A stretch of DNA of 64,000 nucleotides, taken from NCBI GenBank assembly GCA_046313635.1, contig JBKBYA010000010.1, positions 67,092 through 131,091 on the forward strand, given 5' to 3'. Source of the DNA: Pyrinomonadaceae bacterium (lineage in GTDB: Bacteria; Acidobacteriota; Blastocatellia; Pyrinomonadales; Pyrinomonadaceae). Below the pieces are notes generated by a model. That model was not told the DNA's origin, did not search any database, and saw nothing but the letters and a program-made list of their open reading frames with translations. The translations under genes and the position numbers were made by a program. Within the stretch, counting starts at the first letter, position 1. Each line of letters opens with the position of its first letter. Positions 24,901-33,918 of this stretch are shown piece after piece.

Positions 24901-25867
24901 GCCTCGCGCCTACGAGGCGTACCTGCAGGGCCGCTACTTTTGGAATCAGTTTATGCCCGAGTCGTTCGAAAAGGCGCGGGAGGCGTTTGAACGGGCGATC
25001 GCAGCCGACCCGACCTATGCGATGCCCTACGTGGGCCTGGCCGACTATTACACCTGGGCCTGCATTTACGGAATGGTCTCGCCAAAGGTGGGATTTCCGC
25101 GCGTGCTCGAGTTTGCCTCGAAGGCTCTCGAGCTCGATCCGGCGCTCGCCGAGGCGTACGCGGCGCTCGGTCTCTATCATTCGAACAATCAGGATTGGGA
25201 GAAGGCCGAAGAGCTCTATCGCCGCTCGCTCGAGCTGAACCCGAATTACGGCCTCGCTCACGAATGGCTCTCAGCCGTGCTCGTCGGGACCGGCCGCTTC
25301 AGAGAGGGCACGCGCGAGATACTGCTGGCCGAGCGGCTCGACCCGCTCGGGCTGCGGCCGCGCGTTCTCACCTCTTGGACGATCTACCAGACCCGCGACT
25401 TTAAGACCGCGCTCGAAAAGGCCCGCGAGATCGAGAGCCGAGATCCCGACTTTTTACAGACTCACCTTCAATTGGCAAATACGCTGCTCGAGACGGGCGA
25501 GAAGGAGGAGGCGCTCGATCACGCGCGCAAGGCCGTCGAGGCGGGCCCTGAGTCGCCGCTTCCGTTCTACGTGCTCTGCTGCGCTCTGGCCGCCAACGGG
25601 CGTGAGGACGAGGCCCTCGACGTGCTCCGCCGCTGGGAGGACCGCGCGGCCTCCGACTACGTCCCGCCATACTTCCTGGCCGTGGCGAGTGTCGCTGCCG
25701 GCCGCGTCGACGAGGCGTTTGAATATCTCGGCCGCGCGATCGACGAGCGTTCGGCGTGGGTCCTGTGGCTTATGACCGAACCCAAACTCGACCCGATCCG
25801 TTCTGACACGCGATTTGACCGGCTCGCCGAGCGATGCGGCCTCGCTGCCGCTTTCATCCGCGAATAG
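21974..25867 (+). pseudogene. Second kinase-(TolB-N-like/TPR)x2 gene interrupted by an in-frame TAA at 23975-23977
   Basis: ORFs 21974..23977 and 24014..25867 share a frame and read through as TLYQARR*SEALEKYTAANAMQRDFP in the middle of a TPR. Kinase motifs are intact. Confidence 0.85.
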
Positions 25868-25909
25868 ACCGCGGCCCCGCAGCGGAGCAGGGCCGCTCAA
25901 TGCCCGCGG

Positions 25910-28207
25910 TCACGGGCCCGCGTCCGTCCAGAGAACGACGATCGACTCGAGCTCGAGGGCGGTCGTGTTCTCGAGCCGCAGCTTCCATCTGCCGCTGCCG
26001 ACATCCCTATCGACATAGATCGAACGAAACCAGACGCCCGCTTCGCGGCTGCCGGCGAGGTTTTTGCCGACGGCGGCGCCTCGGTCGTCGAAGAGCGTCG
26101 CCGAGATGCCGGCCGAGGCCATGAACGTGACGCCGACATTTCGCGCCGCCGAGACAGGCAGCTCGACCTCGACCGTGCCGCGGGCGGGCAGTTTGACCAG
26201 CTTTGCAAACGGAGGCTCCTCGGCAGGCGCGTGGCCCGCGTCCGCCGCGCCGTGCCCGCCGGCGAGACCTTCCATCGCGAGAGAGGCGAAGCCGCTCGGT
26301 GGAGCCGCCGGTACCTGTGTCGCGGGGTTGTGATCTCCGCGCGGGCCGACGGCGAGACGCGGCTTGACAAAGGCGGAGAAGTCGGCCGTTCCGGTCAGCT
26401 CGGTATGAAGATTTTTTGAACGAGCGTTGTCCTCGATCTCCCAGACCGCCGACGGCACCGGCACGACGCCGTCGTTCCAGACGATGGTCTTGCACATCGT
26501 CGGCAAAGGGTCGCCGGCGAGTACCGAGAACTTCACGCCCTTCCGAGCTCGGTGGACGCGGTTAAAGTTCTCGAGATACTCGGGTCTGAGCTGTCTTATC
26601 GCCTCCACCTGCTTGCCAACGATGCCGAAGGCGATGTCCATCACGTCGGCGCACGGGCTGCCCATATTTGGCGTGCCGAGCATCACGAGATGCGAGACCT
26701 GCGGCCTCATATCCGCCTCGTTAGGCGGCATTATCTGGCTGATGTAGTAACGCGAGATCAATCCGCCCATCGAATGCGCGACGAGGTCGACGTGCCATGC
26801 GTTGCGATCCTCTTGAGCGTATCGAATGTACTTTTCGAGCTCGCGGGCGTTCTCGGCGATCGACTTGGTCTGATCGCTCGACATAAATTCCTTGCCCGTA
26901 TCCATCACACCCTTTTCGGGCCGTTCGCCGACGGGGAACGCCTTCCAGTCGTAGGAGTGCGAGGTCGTGAGGATGTTCTGCCACGACTCCCACGCGCGCC
27001 AGCTGCTCCAGAGGCCGTGAACGAGAACGAGCGGCTTTGGCGCGATCTTGAGATTTTTGGTCAACTCGTCGGCCTTTTTGTTGTTTTCCCAGACCTCCGA
27101 CTTGATCCGCTGGACGAGACGCGGCCGCCCGTCGTCAAACCAGGCGTAGCCCGACGAGTCCCAGAGGATCTCGACCTCGCGCTCCTCGCCCGGGTCGAGA
27201 CGGACGTTGACGGTCTGGTCTTTGAGCGGCATATCCGGTTTGGCGCCGTCCCACTTGTCACCCTTGTAGGTTTCCTTGAACATCACCTCGGCGAACTTTT
27301 GCTCGCCCGAGTAATTGGCGACCTTTGCCTTGATCTTTACCCAGTTGCCGTCGATCGTCCCGGTCTGTTCGGAGATCTCCTGCCAGTCATCCCAGCGGGG
27401 GAATTTCATGTGCTCGAACTTCAGGTCCTCGATTCGCAGCGGGCCGCCGCACCGCCTTAGACTCCATGTGATCGTCTCGGTCACGCCGAGATTGCTGACA
27501 GAGTACGTGCCCGACAGCCGGTCGGGATCGGCGGGGTCGATCCGATGCGTGCCGTCCGACGTGAGCGAATTTCCCTGCACGGTGGTCTCGGTCGGCGGCA
27601 TGGTCAGCGTCTTTCCCTCTTTGGCCGTGCACTGGCCGCTGAATGTCGACGTTTGTTTACCGGTCGTCTGTCCCTTGATCTCGGGCAGGCCGACGCTGAC
27701 CGAGTACGTCCCGTCCGTGTTGACGCCGACCGAGACCGCGGCATCGACATCGCCGGACGCGGTCGTCTTGGTCTCTGAGGTGAACGTGCCGCTCATCTGG
27801 CGCCAGGTCTTGCCGCGGTCGCACGAGTTTTTCTCGACCGCCTTAGTCGTCTCGGCGGACGAGAAGTTGTGCGTCACGCTTCCCTTTCCGATGCTCGATC
27901 CGTTCATCTCGGGCGACTCGAGGACACGCACCTGGGCTTTGTATTCATACTTCATCTCCCAGTTTCGAGTGTCCTCGCCGCGCGCCGAGACACGCTGGAC
28001 GGTCTTGCTGTCGGTCATCGACTGCGTGCGCGTGTACGTGATCGTGCCGGTCCATGCTCCGGAGCACTTTGCGGCGGCCGTCTTTGTGTTGGCTGTCGCG
28101 ACGGTGCCGCCCGGCCGGCGCTGCGCCGCGATCTGCAGCACGGGCGCCGACACGGCGAAGGCCAGGACAATTGCGATCAGTCGTGTTGTCAGGATTCGTG
28201 AATTCAT
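25910..28207 (-). CDS. Secreted alpha/beta hydrolase (lipase/PGAP1-like) with long uncharacterised N-terminal region
   Basis: Signal peptide; VLVHGL, AHSMGG nucleophile elbow, LGTPNMGS, NDGVVP and a downstream His. Confidence 0.8.
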   Translation of the reverse strand: MNSRILTTRLIAIVLAFAVSAPVLQIAAQRRPGGTVATANTKTAAAKCSGAWTGTITYTRTQSMTDSKTVQRVSARGEDTRNWEMKYEYKAQVRVLESPEMNGSSIGKGSVTHNFSSAETTKAVEKNSCDRGKTWRQMSGTFTSETKTTASGDVDAAVSVGVNTDGTYSVSVGLPEIKGQTTGKQTSTFSGQCTAKEGKTLTMPPTETTVQGNSLTSDGTHRIDPADPDRLSGTYSVSNLGVTETITWSLRRCGGPLRIEDLKFEHMKFPRWDDWQEISEQTGTIDGNWVKIKAKVANYSGEQKFAEVMFKETYKGDKWDGAKPDMPLKDQTVNVRLDPGEEREVEILWDSSGYAWFDDGRPRLVQRIKSEVWENNKKADELTKNLKIAPKPLVLVHGLWSSWRAWESWQNILTTSHSYDWKAFPVGERPEKGVMDTGKEFMSSDQTKSIAENARELEKYIRYAQEDRNAWHVDLVAHSMGGLISRYYISQIMPPNEADMRPQVSHLVMLGTPNMGSPCADVMDIAFGIVGKQVEAIRQLRPEYLENFNRVHRARKGVKFSVLAGDPLPTMCKTIVWNDGVVPVPSAVWEIEDNARSKNLHTELTGTADFSAFVKPRLAVGPRGDHNPATQVPAAPPSGFASLAMEGLAGGHGAADAGHAPAEEPPFAKLVKLPARGTVEVELPVSAARNVGVTFMASAGISATLFDDRGAAVGKNLAGSREAGVWFRSIYVDRDVGSGRWKLRLENTTALELESIVVLWTDAGP

Positions 28208-28276
28208 CGTTTCGCTCCGTCTGTCGGTGTCGAATGAATATCGCGGTCGGGTCGCGGCTTGCGAGAGGCGGGCAGC

Positions 28277-29338
28277 CTAGGCCTTTATCGCCTCGACGAT
28301 GCCGATCGGGCCGGCGGTCGGGATGATCCGCGACACGCGAAAGCCCGAATTCTCCAGCAGCCGCCTGAACTGCGACTCGGTGCGCTCGATGCCGCCCGGG
28401 ACCAGAAGCATCTCGAGGTCGAGCAGCTTGGCAAAGTGCGGCACGTTGCCCTCGGGTATAACGGCGTCGAGGATCAGCAGCCGCGCGTTCGCCGGCATAT
28501 GTTTGCGGATGTTGCAGAGTATGATGCGGTCGCGCTCGTCGTACCAGTCGTGAATGATGTGCTTGAGCAGATAGACGTCGGCGACGACCGGCACATCCTG
28601 CACAAAATCGCCCGAGACGATCGACACGCGATCGGCCACGCCGTGCGATTCGAGCAGTTCGTGGGCTCCGGCGAGCACCGACGGGAGGTCGAAGAGGATG
28701 CCTCTGGCCCCGGGATTCGCCTCGAGGACCGCGGCCAGCAGATGGCCGTATCCGCCCGCGATGTCCGCGATGACCCCGGCGCCGGCAAAGTCGTAAGCGT
28801 CAAGGATGGGACCGATCGTCTGGCTCGAGTACGACGTCATCGCCCGGTTAAAGATGGCGCCGAGCTCCTTGTTAGTTTCAAAAAGATACTGGAAGACAGG
28901 CTCGCCGTGGACGAGGTCCCACGCCGGCTCGCCGGTCCTGACGCTGTGCATCAGATGACCGTACACGCGCCAATGCGGCTCCTCGTTGAGCCATATTACG
29001 CCGTCGCGCATCGAGCGCGGATGATCTGAGCGGAGCATCTCGCTCACGGGCGAGTTGGCAAATCGGCGACCCTCTGTCTCGACAAACGCGCCGACGCTCG
29101 CCAACGCCCTTAGGACGCGATACAGCGAGAGCTCGTGCGTGCTCGTCGCGACCGAGAGATACTCGACCGACTGCGGACCGTCGGCCAAGAGGTCGGCGAT
29201 GCCGAGCTTTGCGGCAACGTAAAGGGCCTGCGAGACGAAGGCTCCCCCGGCCATCTGCAGAAGCGCCGCGTCAGGCGTGGAGGCCGTGGGCTGCTCGCCC
29301 GCGGTCTGTGCGGCGGCGAGTGGTCTATTCGATGTCAT
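28277..29338 (-). CDS. SAM-dependent O-methyltransferase (Methyltransf_2 with dimerisation domain)
   Basis: AAKLGIADLL, ADIAGGYG, LFDLP, GDF, LKHIIHDW and GGIERT. Confidence 0.9.
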   Translation of the reverse strand: MTSNRPLAAAQTAGEQPTASTPDAALLQMAGGAFVSQALYVAAKLGIADLLADGPQSVEYLSVATSTHELSLYRVLRALASVGAFVETEGRRFANSPVSEMLRSDHPRSMRDGVIWLNEEPHWRVYGHLMHSVRTGEPAWDLVHGEPVFQYLFETNKELGAIFNRAMTSYSSQTIGPILDAYDFAGAGVIADIAGGYGHLLAAVLEANPGARGILFDLPSVLAGAHELLESHGVADRVSIVSGDFVQDVPVVADVYLLKHIIHDWYDERDRIILCNIRKHMPANARLLILDAVIPEGNVPHFAKLLDLEMLLVPGGIERTESQFRRLLENSGFRVSRIIPTAGPIGIVEAIKA

Positions 29339-29520
29339 TTCTGTTTCTCCTGTGTGAGTTTGAGGAACGAATGTCCGGTCACATTCAAACGCGGACTTGG
29401 GGCAGGTTTCGGATCAACGAAGGTTGGCGGGCGGCAGCCTCTGCGTGAACGAGTGAAATGAAACACTCTCGAGGTTCAAGGGCTGCCGCGGCCCGCCGTT
29501 ATGCGGTGATCGAGTTGAGA

Positions 29521-30948
29521 TCAACGCTTTGCCGAGGCGTCGACGACGGACTGTGCGGCCGCCTCGACGACCTGGCTGATTATGTCGTCGCCGTCTGATT
29601 TGGCCTTGGCTGTGAACTGCCGTGTCAGGACGGTCTGGCCGCCGGGCTGCTGGAGCCTGACCTCGAGCGTGATCTGGTCCTTATTCTTGACGTTTGCCGA
29701 GACCGACGCGGCGCTCACGATGGTCTGCGTAGCGACCTGGCCGGCGATGTTGCCCGCGGTGCTGCCGGTGTGGCCGATGCCGACGCGGCCGACGGCCGAG
29801 CCGATGGCCGAGCCGAACATACCAAAGCCGCCGCCGCCCTTTTTATGCGAGACGGTTGCGTAGATGACCTGATCGCATTCCTTCTGTCGTGCCTCGGCGT
29901 CTATTGCCGATGGCAGCTTTGCCTCCAGCTGGACGACCTCGATACCCGGTGACTTGAGATATTCGGCAAGCGAATTGGCGACCGCAGACGCGAGGTCGGC
30001 TGCGTTGAGGCCTTCGCCGACGGCGCCGGTCTTGACGTTTGCGAGGCCGATGCGGACCGTTCCGGGCTGTTTTGCTCCGACAGGTGCGGCGGCCGGGGCC
30101 GACGCTTCGCTCGCTGAAGGCAGCGGCATTGTCGAACGCGAGCTCGAGGACGCCCCGCTCTGCGGCATCATCGACGCGGCCGAGGATGCTGCGTACAGCT
30201 CAGACGAGTCGGTGACCTGTCGGTAGTCGCCCGGTATCTCGAACAAGGCCGGCTCGAGCGTCGCACGCGAGAGTTCGACTACCTCGCTCACCGACGAGAA
30301 CTGCTCGCTGCCGTCAGGCCCGAACATCGTCATCTTTTCGTAAAGCGGATAGCCGCGCTTGGTCGTGCCGACCTGCTTGACCTCATATTTGTCCTGGCAG
30401 CCTTTTTTTGCGTACGGATTAAAAGACCCGCCGCGGAAGCCGTAGTCGCAATCGAGAGCGAATTCGGCGTCGACGTACCAGCCGTCCATCTGCATCTTGG
30501 AGTTGTTCGGGCTGCAGGCGTCGGGCGATGACACGGTCTCCATCGTGATGATCAGGTGCTTGGCCGTGAAGCCGAACATCTGCTTTCGCTCGCCGGTGTC
30601 CTTGACGGTGATGGTGGTCGTCACGCGGCCGCCGGTCTGCGGAACTGTTCCGCCGGTACGCGTCGGCGAGGCGTCTTTGGCCGTCGAGGGCACCGCGTCC
30701 TCAAACTCGCTGATCATATACGTGCGAAGCGCCGTATTGAGCTGCACGCTCCGGCGGAGGTCGCATTGCGTGAGGCTCACCGTGCCGCCCATAGATTCGG
30801 TCCGCGAGCGCTTGCCCTTGATGTAGGTCGTGCTCTCCATGCTCTGGCCCGCGACGGACTGCTTGGTCTTGATCTTGACGTCGGCCGCGACGGTCATCGC
30901 CGCGACGGCGAGGATCGACAGTGAAAGGATGTAATTCTTGATTCTCAT
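29521..30948 (-). CDS. Secreted hypothetical protein (DUF4412-like N-terminal part, Ser/Ala linker, C-terminal alpha/beta domain)
   Basis: ATG 30948 with GGAG RBS; signal peptide MRIKNYILSLSILAVAAMTVAA; LFEIPGDY motif. Domain naming is tentative. Confidence 0.7.
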   Translation of the reverse strand: MRIKNYILSLSILAVAAMTVAADVKIKTKQSVAGQSMESTTYIKGKRSRTESMGGTVSLTQCDLRRSVQLNTALRTYMISEFEDAVPSTAKDASPTRTGGTVPQTGGRVTTTITVKDTGERKQMFGFTAKHLIITMETVSSPDACSPNNSKMQMDGWYVDAEFALDCDYGFRGGSFNPYAKKGCQDKYEVKQVGTTKRGYPLYEKMTMFGPDGSEQFSSVSEVVELSRATLEPALFEIPGDYRQVTDSSELYAASSAASMMPQSGASSSSRSTMPLPSASEASAPAAAPVGAKQPGTVRIGLANVKTGAVGEGLNAADLASAVANSLAEYLKSPGIEVVQLEAKLPSAIDAEARQKECDQVIYATVSHKKGGGGFGMFGSAIGSAVGRVGIGHTGSTAGNIAGQVATQTIVSAASVSANVKNKDQITLEVRLQQPGGQTVLTRQFTAKAKSDGDDIISQVVEAAAQSVVDASAKR

Positions 30949-31115
30949 TGTTTCGCTCCGTTTGCTGGTCAATTGTCGGGCGGTTGAAGTTCCACCTACG
31001 ACGCAACGCGGAACGGCCGCGGCAAACGTGTCACGCGGCGGACGAGGTCGATTGCGTACGGCACGACCGAAGCCATATAATTCGACACCGAACGCGCTTT
31101 TGTTCATTGCAGGAT

Positions 31116-31688
31116 ATGGCCCAGCAGGAGACCCACGAGATCACACAGATGCTGCTCGAGCTGACCGACGGTAATGCCGAGGTCGTCGACCGCATCCTGC
31201 CTCACATTTACGACGAGCTGCGCCGGCTCGCCGGCAGCTATCTGCGTCGCGAGCGGAGCGATCATACTCTGCAGCCGACGGCCCTCGTACACGAGGCGTA
31301 TATGAAGCTCATCGATCAGAAAAAGGTCCGATGGCAAAATCGCGCGCACTTTTTCGGCATAGCCGCGCAGGTGATGCGGCGCATCCTGATGGACCATGCG
31401 CGCAAGCACAAGGCCGACAAACGCGGCGGGTCGTCGGATAAGCTGCCGATCGACGAGGGCATTCTCGTCGTCTCGCGAGAGCGCTCGAGCGAGCTGGTCG
31501 CGCTGGACGATGCGCTGAACGCGCTCGCCGCGATCGATCCTCAAAAAGCGAAGATAGTCGAGCTGCGTTACTTTGGCGGGCTGTCGATCGAGGAAACTGC
31601 CGAGGTAATGGGCGTGAGCGTGCCGACCATCAACCGGCAGTGGCGAATGGCAAAGGCCTGGCTGTACGGCCAGATAGCTAACGAATGA
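31116..31688 (+). CDS. ECF sigma factor, TIGR02999/ECF43-like
   Basis: HEITQMLL, YDELRRLA, HTLQPTALVHEAY, WQNRAHFF, VELRYFGGLS and WRMAKAWL. Start at ATG 31116. Confidence 0.9.
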   Translation: MAQQETHEITQMLLELTDGNAEVVDRILPHIYDELRRLAGSYLRRERSDHTLQPTALVHEAYMKLIDQKKVRWQNRAHFFGIAAQVMRRILMDHARKHKADKRGGSSDKLPIDEGILVVSRERSSELVALDDALNALAAIDPQKAKIVELRYFGGLSIEETAEVMGVSVPTINRQWRMAKAWLYGQIANE

Positions 31689-33344
31689 TCATAGCCGCTT
31701 GGCGATGACGAGCGTGATGTCGTCATTTGCCGGAGCGGTCTGCGTAAACGCGGACAAGGCCGACTCGACCTTGTCCCGCAGCCCGGCGGCCGACAGATGT
31801 CGGTTGCTGCGGACAACCTCGGTCAAACGCTCGAGACCAAACTCCTCGCCGGCGACGTTGTTTGCCTCCGAAACGCCGTCCGAATAGACGATCAGCGTAT
31901 CGCCCGCTCCGAGCTCGAGACGGCCCATCTCAAATTCCGCGTACGGAAGGATGCCCAGCGGGAATCCGCCCGACGACAGCTGCTCGACACGCCCGTCGGC
32001 GCGGACGACGAGCGGCGGGTTGTGCCCGGCGTTGATGTACTGCAGCAGGGCCGAGCGCGGATCGAGCTCGGCCGTGAACAGCGTCACGAACCTGTTGGAC
32101 GGCGTATTCTCCGCAAGGTACTTGTTGACGGCCGCGACGGCCTCGTCCAGCCGCGACTTTGCGGCGACCTGAGCGTGGATCGCCGCGTGCAGGCTCGACA
32201 TCAGAAGCGCCGCCGCCGTCCCCTTGCCCGATACGTCGCCGAGGGCGATCAGCATCTTGCCGTCGTCACGCTGGATGAAGTCGTAATAATCGCCGCCGAT
32301 CTCGTAGCACGAGAAAGATATCCCCTGAAAGTCGTAGCCCTCGATCTTTGGCGGGGCCGACGGCTGAAAGTTTTGCTGGATCTCGGTCGCCAGTTCGAGC
32401 TCGCGCTCCATACGCTCGCGGTGAATGCGCTCGTCGAGCAGCGTCGCATTCTCGACGCGGATCGACGCGACCGACGCGAGCGTCGTAAGAATGTCGAGGT
32501 GCTCCTCGGTGAATGTCGCCTCATACGTCGGCGAGTCGGCGTAAATGAGACCGAAAATGTTTCGCTCGTCGACGCTCAGAGGCACCGCCAGCACCGAGCG
32601 GATGCCGAGCAGCACCATCGTCTGGCTGGCGAATTTGGGGTCGTGCTGCGCGTCTGAGGTGAGGACGGACTTGCCGTTCTTCAAAACCTCCTCCATCACG
32701 ATGCGGCTGATGCGGACCTCGGAGATCGCATCGTCCTTGCCGCGTTCGCGGGCGACCATTATCTTCATTCCGTTCTCGGCCTCCTCGTCGCGCAGCATAA
32801 TGACGCAGCGCTGCGCCGGGACGGCTTCGAAGACGAGCGACGCCACCTGATTGAGCGTATCGTCGAGGCTGCTCGCGGAGAGCAGAGTGACGCCGACCTT
32901 GCTTATCAGACCGAGAAGTTCGGTGCGGGTCGACAGCTTTGATTCGATTATCTCGGCGGTCGGATTGCGGCGGCCCATGAACGAGATCGTCCGCGACGGG
33001 TCGAGGGCCTGTGTGCCGTCGGTGATGAGCGTCATCCCGCTCGACGGCGACGCATGGTCGTCCTCAAAGACGATCGTCGTCTCGCCGATCTGGATCGCTC
33101 CGCCGTCGGTAAGCGGCAGCGGTATCGTGACCAGCGAGCCGTTGTATCGCGTGCCGTTGGCAGACCCGAGGTCCTGTAGCCAGTATGTGTCGCCCTCTTT
33201 GCGCACTTCGGCATGCAGGCGCGAGGCAAATGCGTCGGGAATGCAGATATCGCTTCGGGCCGAGCGCCCGATCGTCGTTTTGACGCGGCTCAGCACGACT
33301 CGGTCGCTGACCTCACCGGCCCTCATTATCACGAGATTTGGCAT
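31689..33344 (-). CDS. FHA-GAF-SpoIIE/PP2C-family phosphatase
   Basis: FHA motifs IGRS, SRLHA and GSANGT; GAF region; PP2C motifs GGDYYD, GDVSGKG, NAGH, YSDG and DDIT. Confidence 0.92.
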   Translation of the reverse strand: MPNLVIMRAGEVSDRVVLSRVKTTIGRSARSDICIPDAFASRLHAEVRKEGDTYWLQDLGSANGTRYNGSLVTIPLPLTDGGAIQIGETTIVFEDDHASPSSGMTLITDGTQALDPSRTISFMGRRNPTAEIIESKLSTRTELLGLISKVGVTLLSASSLDDTLNQVASLVFEAVPAQRCVIMLRDEEAENGMKIMVARERGKDDAISEVRISRIVMEEVLKNGKSVLTSDAQHDPKFASQTMVLLGIRSVLAVPLSVDERNIFGLIYADSPTYEATFTEEHLDILTTLASVASIRVENATLLDERIHRERMERELELATEIQQNFQPSAPPKIEGYDFQGISFSCYEIGGDYYDFIQRDDGKMLIALGDVSGKGTAAALLMSSLHAAIHAQVAAKSRLDEAVAAVNKYLAENTPSNRFVTLFTAELDPRSALLQYINAGHNPPLVVRADGRVEQLSSGGFPLGILPYAEFEMGRLELGAGDTLIVYSDGVSEANNVAGEEFGLERLTEVVRSNRHLSAAGLRDKVESALSAFTQTAPANDDITLVIAKRL

Positions 33345-33362
33345 ACCGTTTTTACCGCTCTG

Positions 33363-33899
33363 CTAATTCTGCTGCTGCTGCTGCTGCTGCTGCGGACGCC
33401 GGCGCCGAACGCCCGAGACGACCACCGTTCCAAAGAGCACGTCGTGCAGTGACCGCCCCGATCTCAAAACGGCAGCGACCACGAAACCGATCCCGAGGGT
33501 CGCCGCGGTCGCGAGGTACCCGAGCGTGTTGCGAAGCGCGACGGTCGTCATCGAAGCGTTTCGCCCGTCGGTCCTGACTATCCTCAGACCGGTGACCATC
33601 TTTCCGACAGACTGCCCGTTCAGCGCGGGCAGCAGGACCGAATTGCACAAGCCGAGCAGGATGCCGAGAAGCCAGGCCGTACTGCCCGAGATAAGGCTGT
33701 CCTGAACGTTGGGCCCGCCAAATGCGCGGTTAGAGATCATCGACGCCGCCGGCAGCGCTATCACTACAAGATAATCAAACACCGCGGCGGCACATCTGAC
33801 GACGAAGGGCGCAGCCATCGCGACGGGATCAAATCCGACGACGCTCTCGGCGGCTTCGCGGCTTGACGACTGACGGGCAGCGGGTCGAGGTGAGTCCAT
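33363..33899 (-). CDS. RDD family membrane protein with C-terminal poly-Gln
   Basis: RCAAAVFD, GQSVGKMVTGLRIV and SLHD motifs. Confidence 0.85.
   Translation of the reverse strand: MDSPRPAARQSSSREAAESVVGFDPVAMAAPFVVRCAAAVFDYLVVIALPAASMISNRAFGGPNVQDSLISGSTAWLLGILLGLCNSVLLPALNGQSVGKMVTGLRIVRTDGRNASMTTVALRNTLGYLATAATLGIGFVVAAVLRSGRSLHDVLFGTVVVSGVRRRRPQQQQQQQQN
33369..33392 (-). repeat. Perfect (CAG)8 trinucleotide repeat
   Basis: (CTG)8 on the plus strand, encoding Q8 just before the RDD stop. Confidence 0.95.
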
Positions 33900-33918
33900 A
33901 GTCGGCGTCGGTCTGCGT

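Noticed and set aside
29426..29498. Imperfect GC-rich inverted repeat between the O-methyltransferase and secreted-protein genes
   Set aside because: The arms are gapped, there is no U-tract, and I recognise no RNA family motif.
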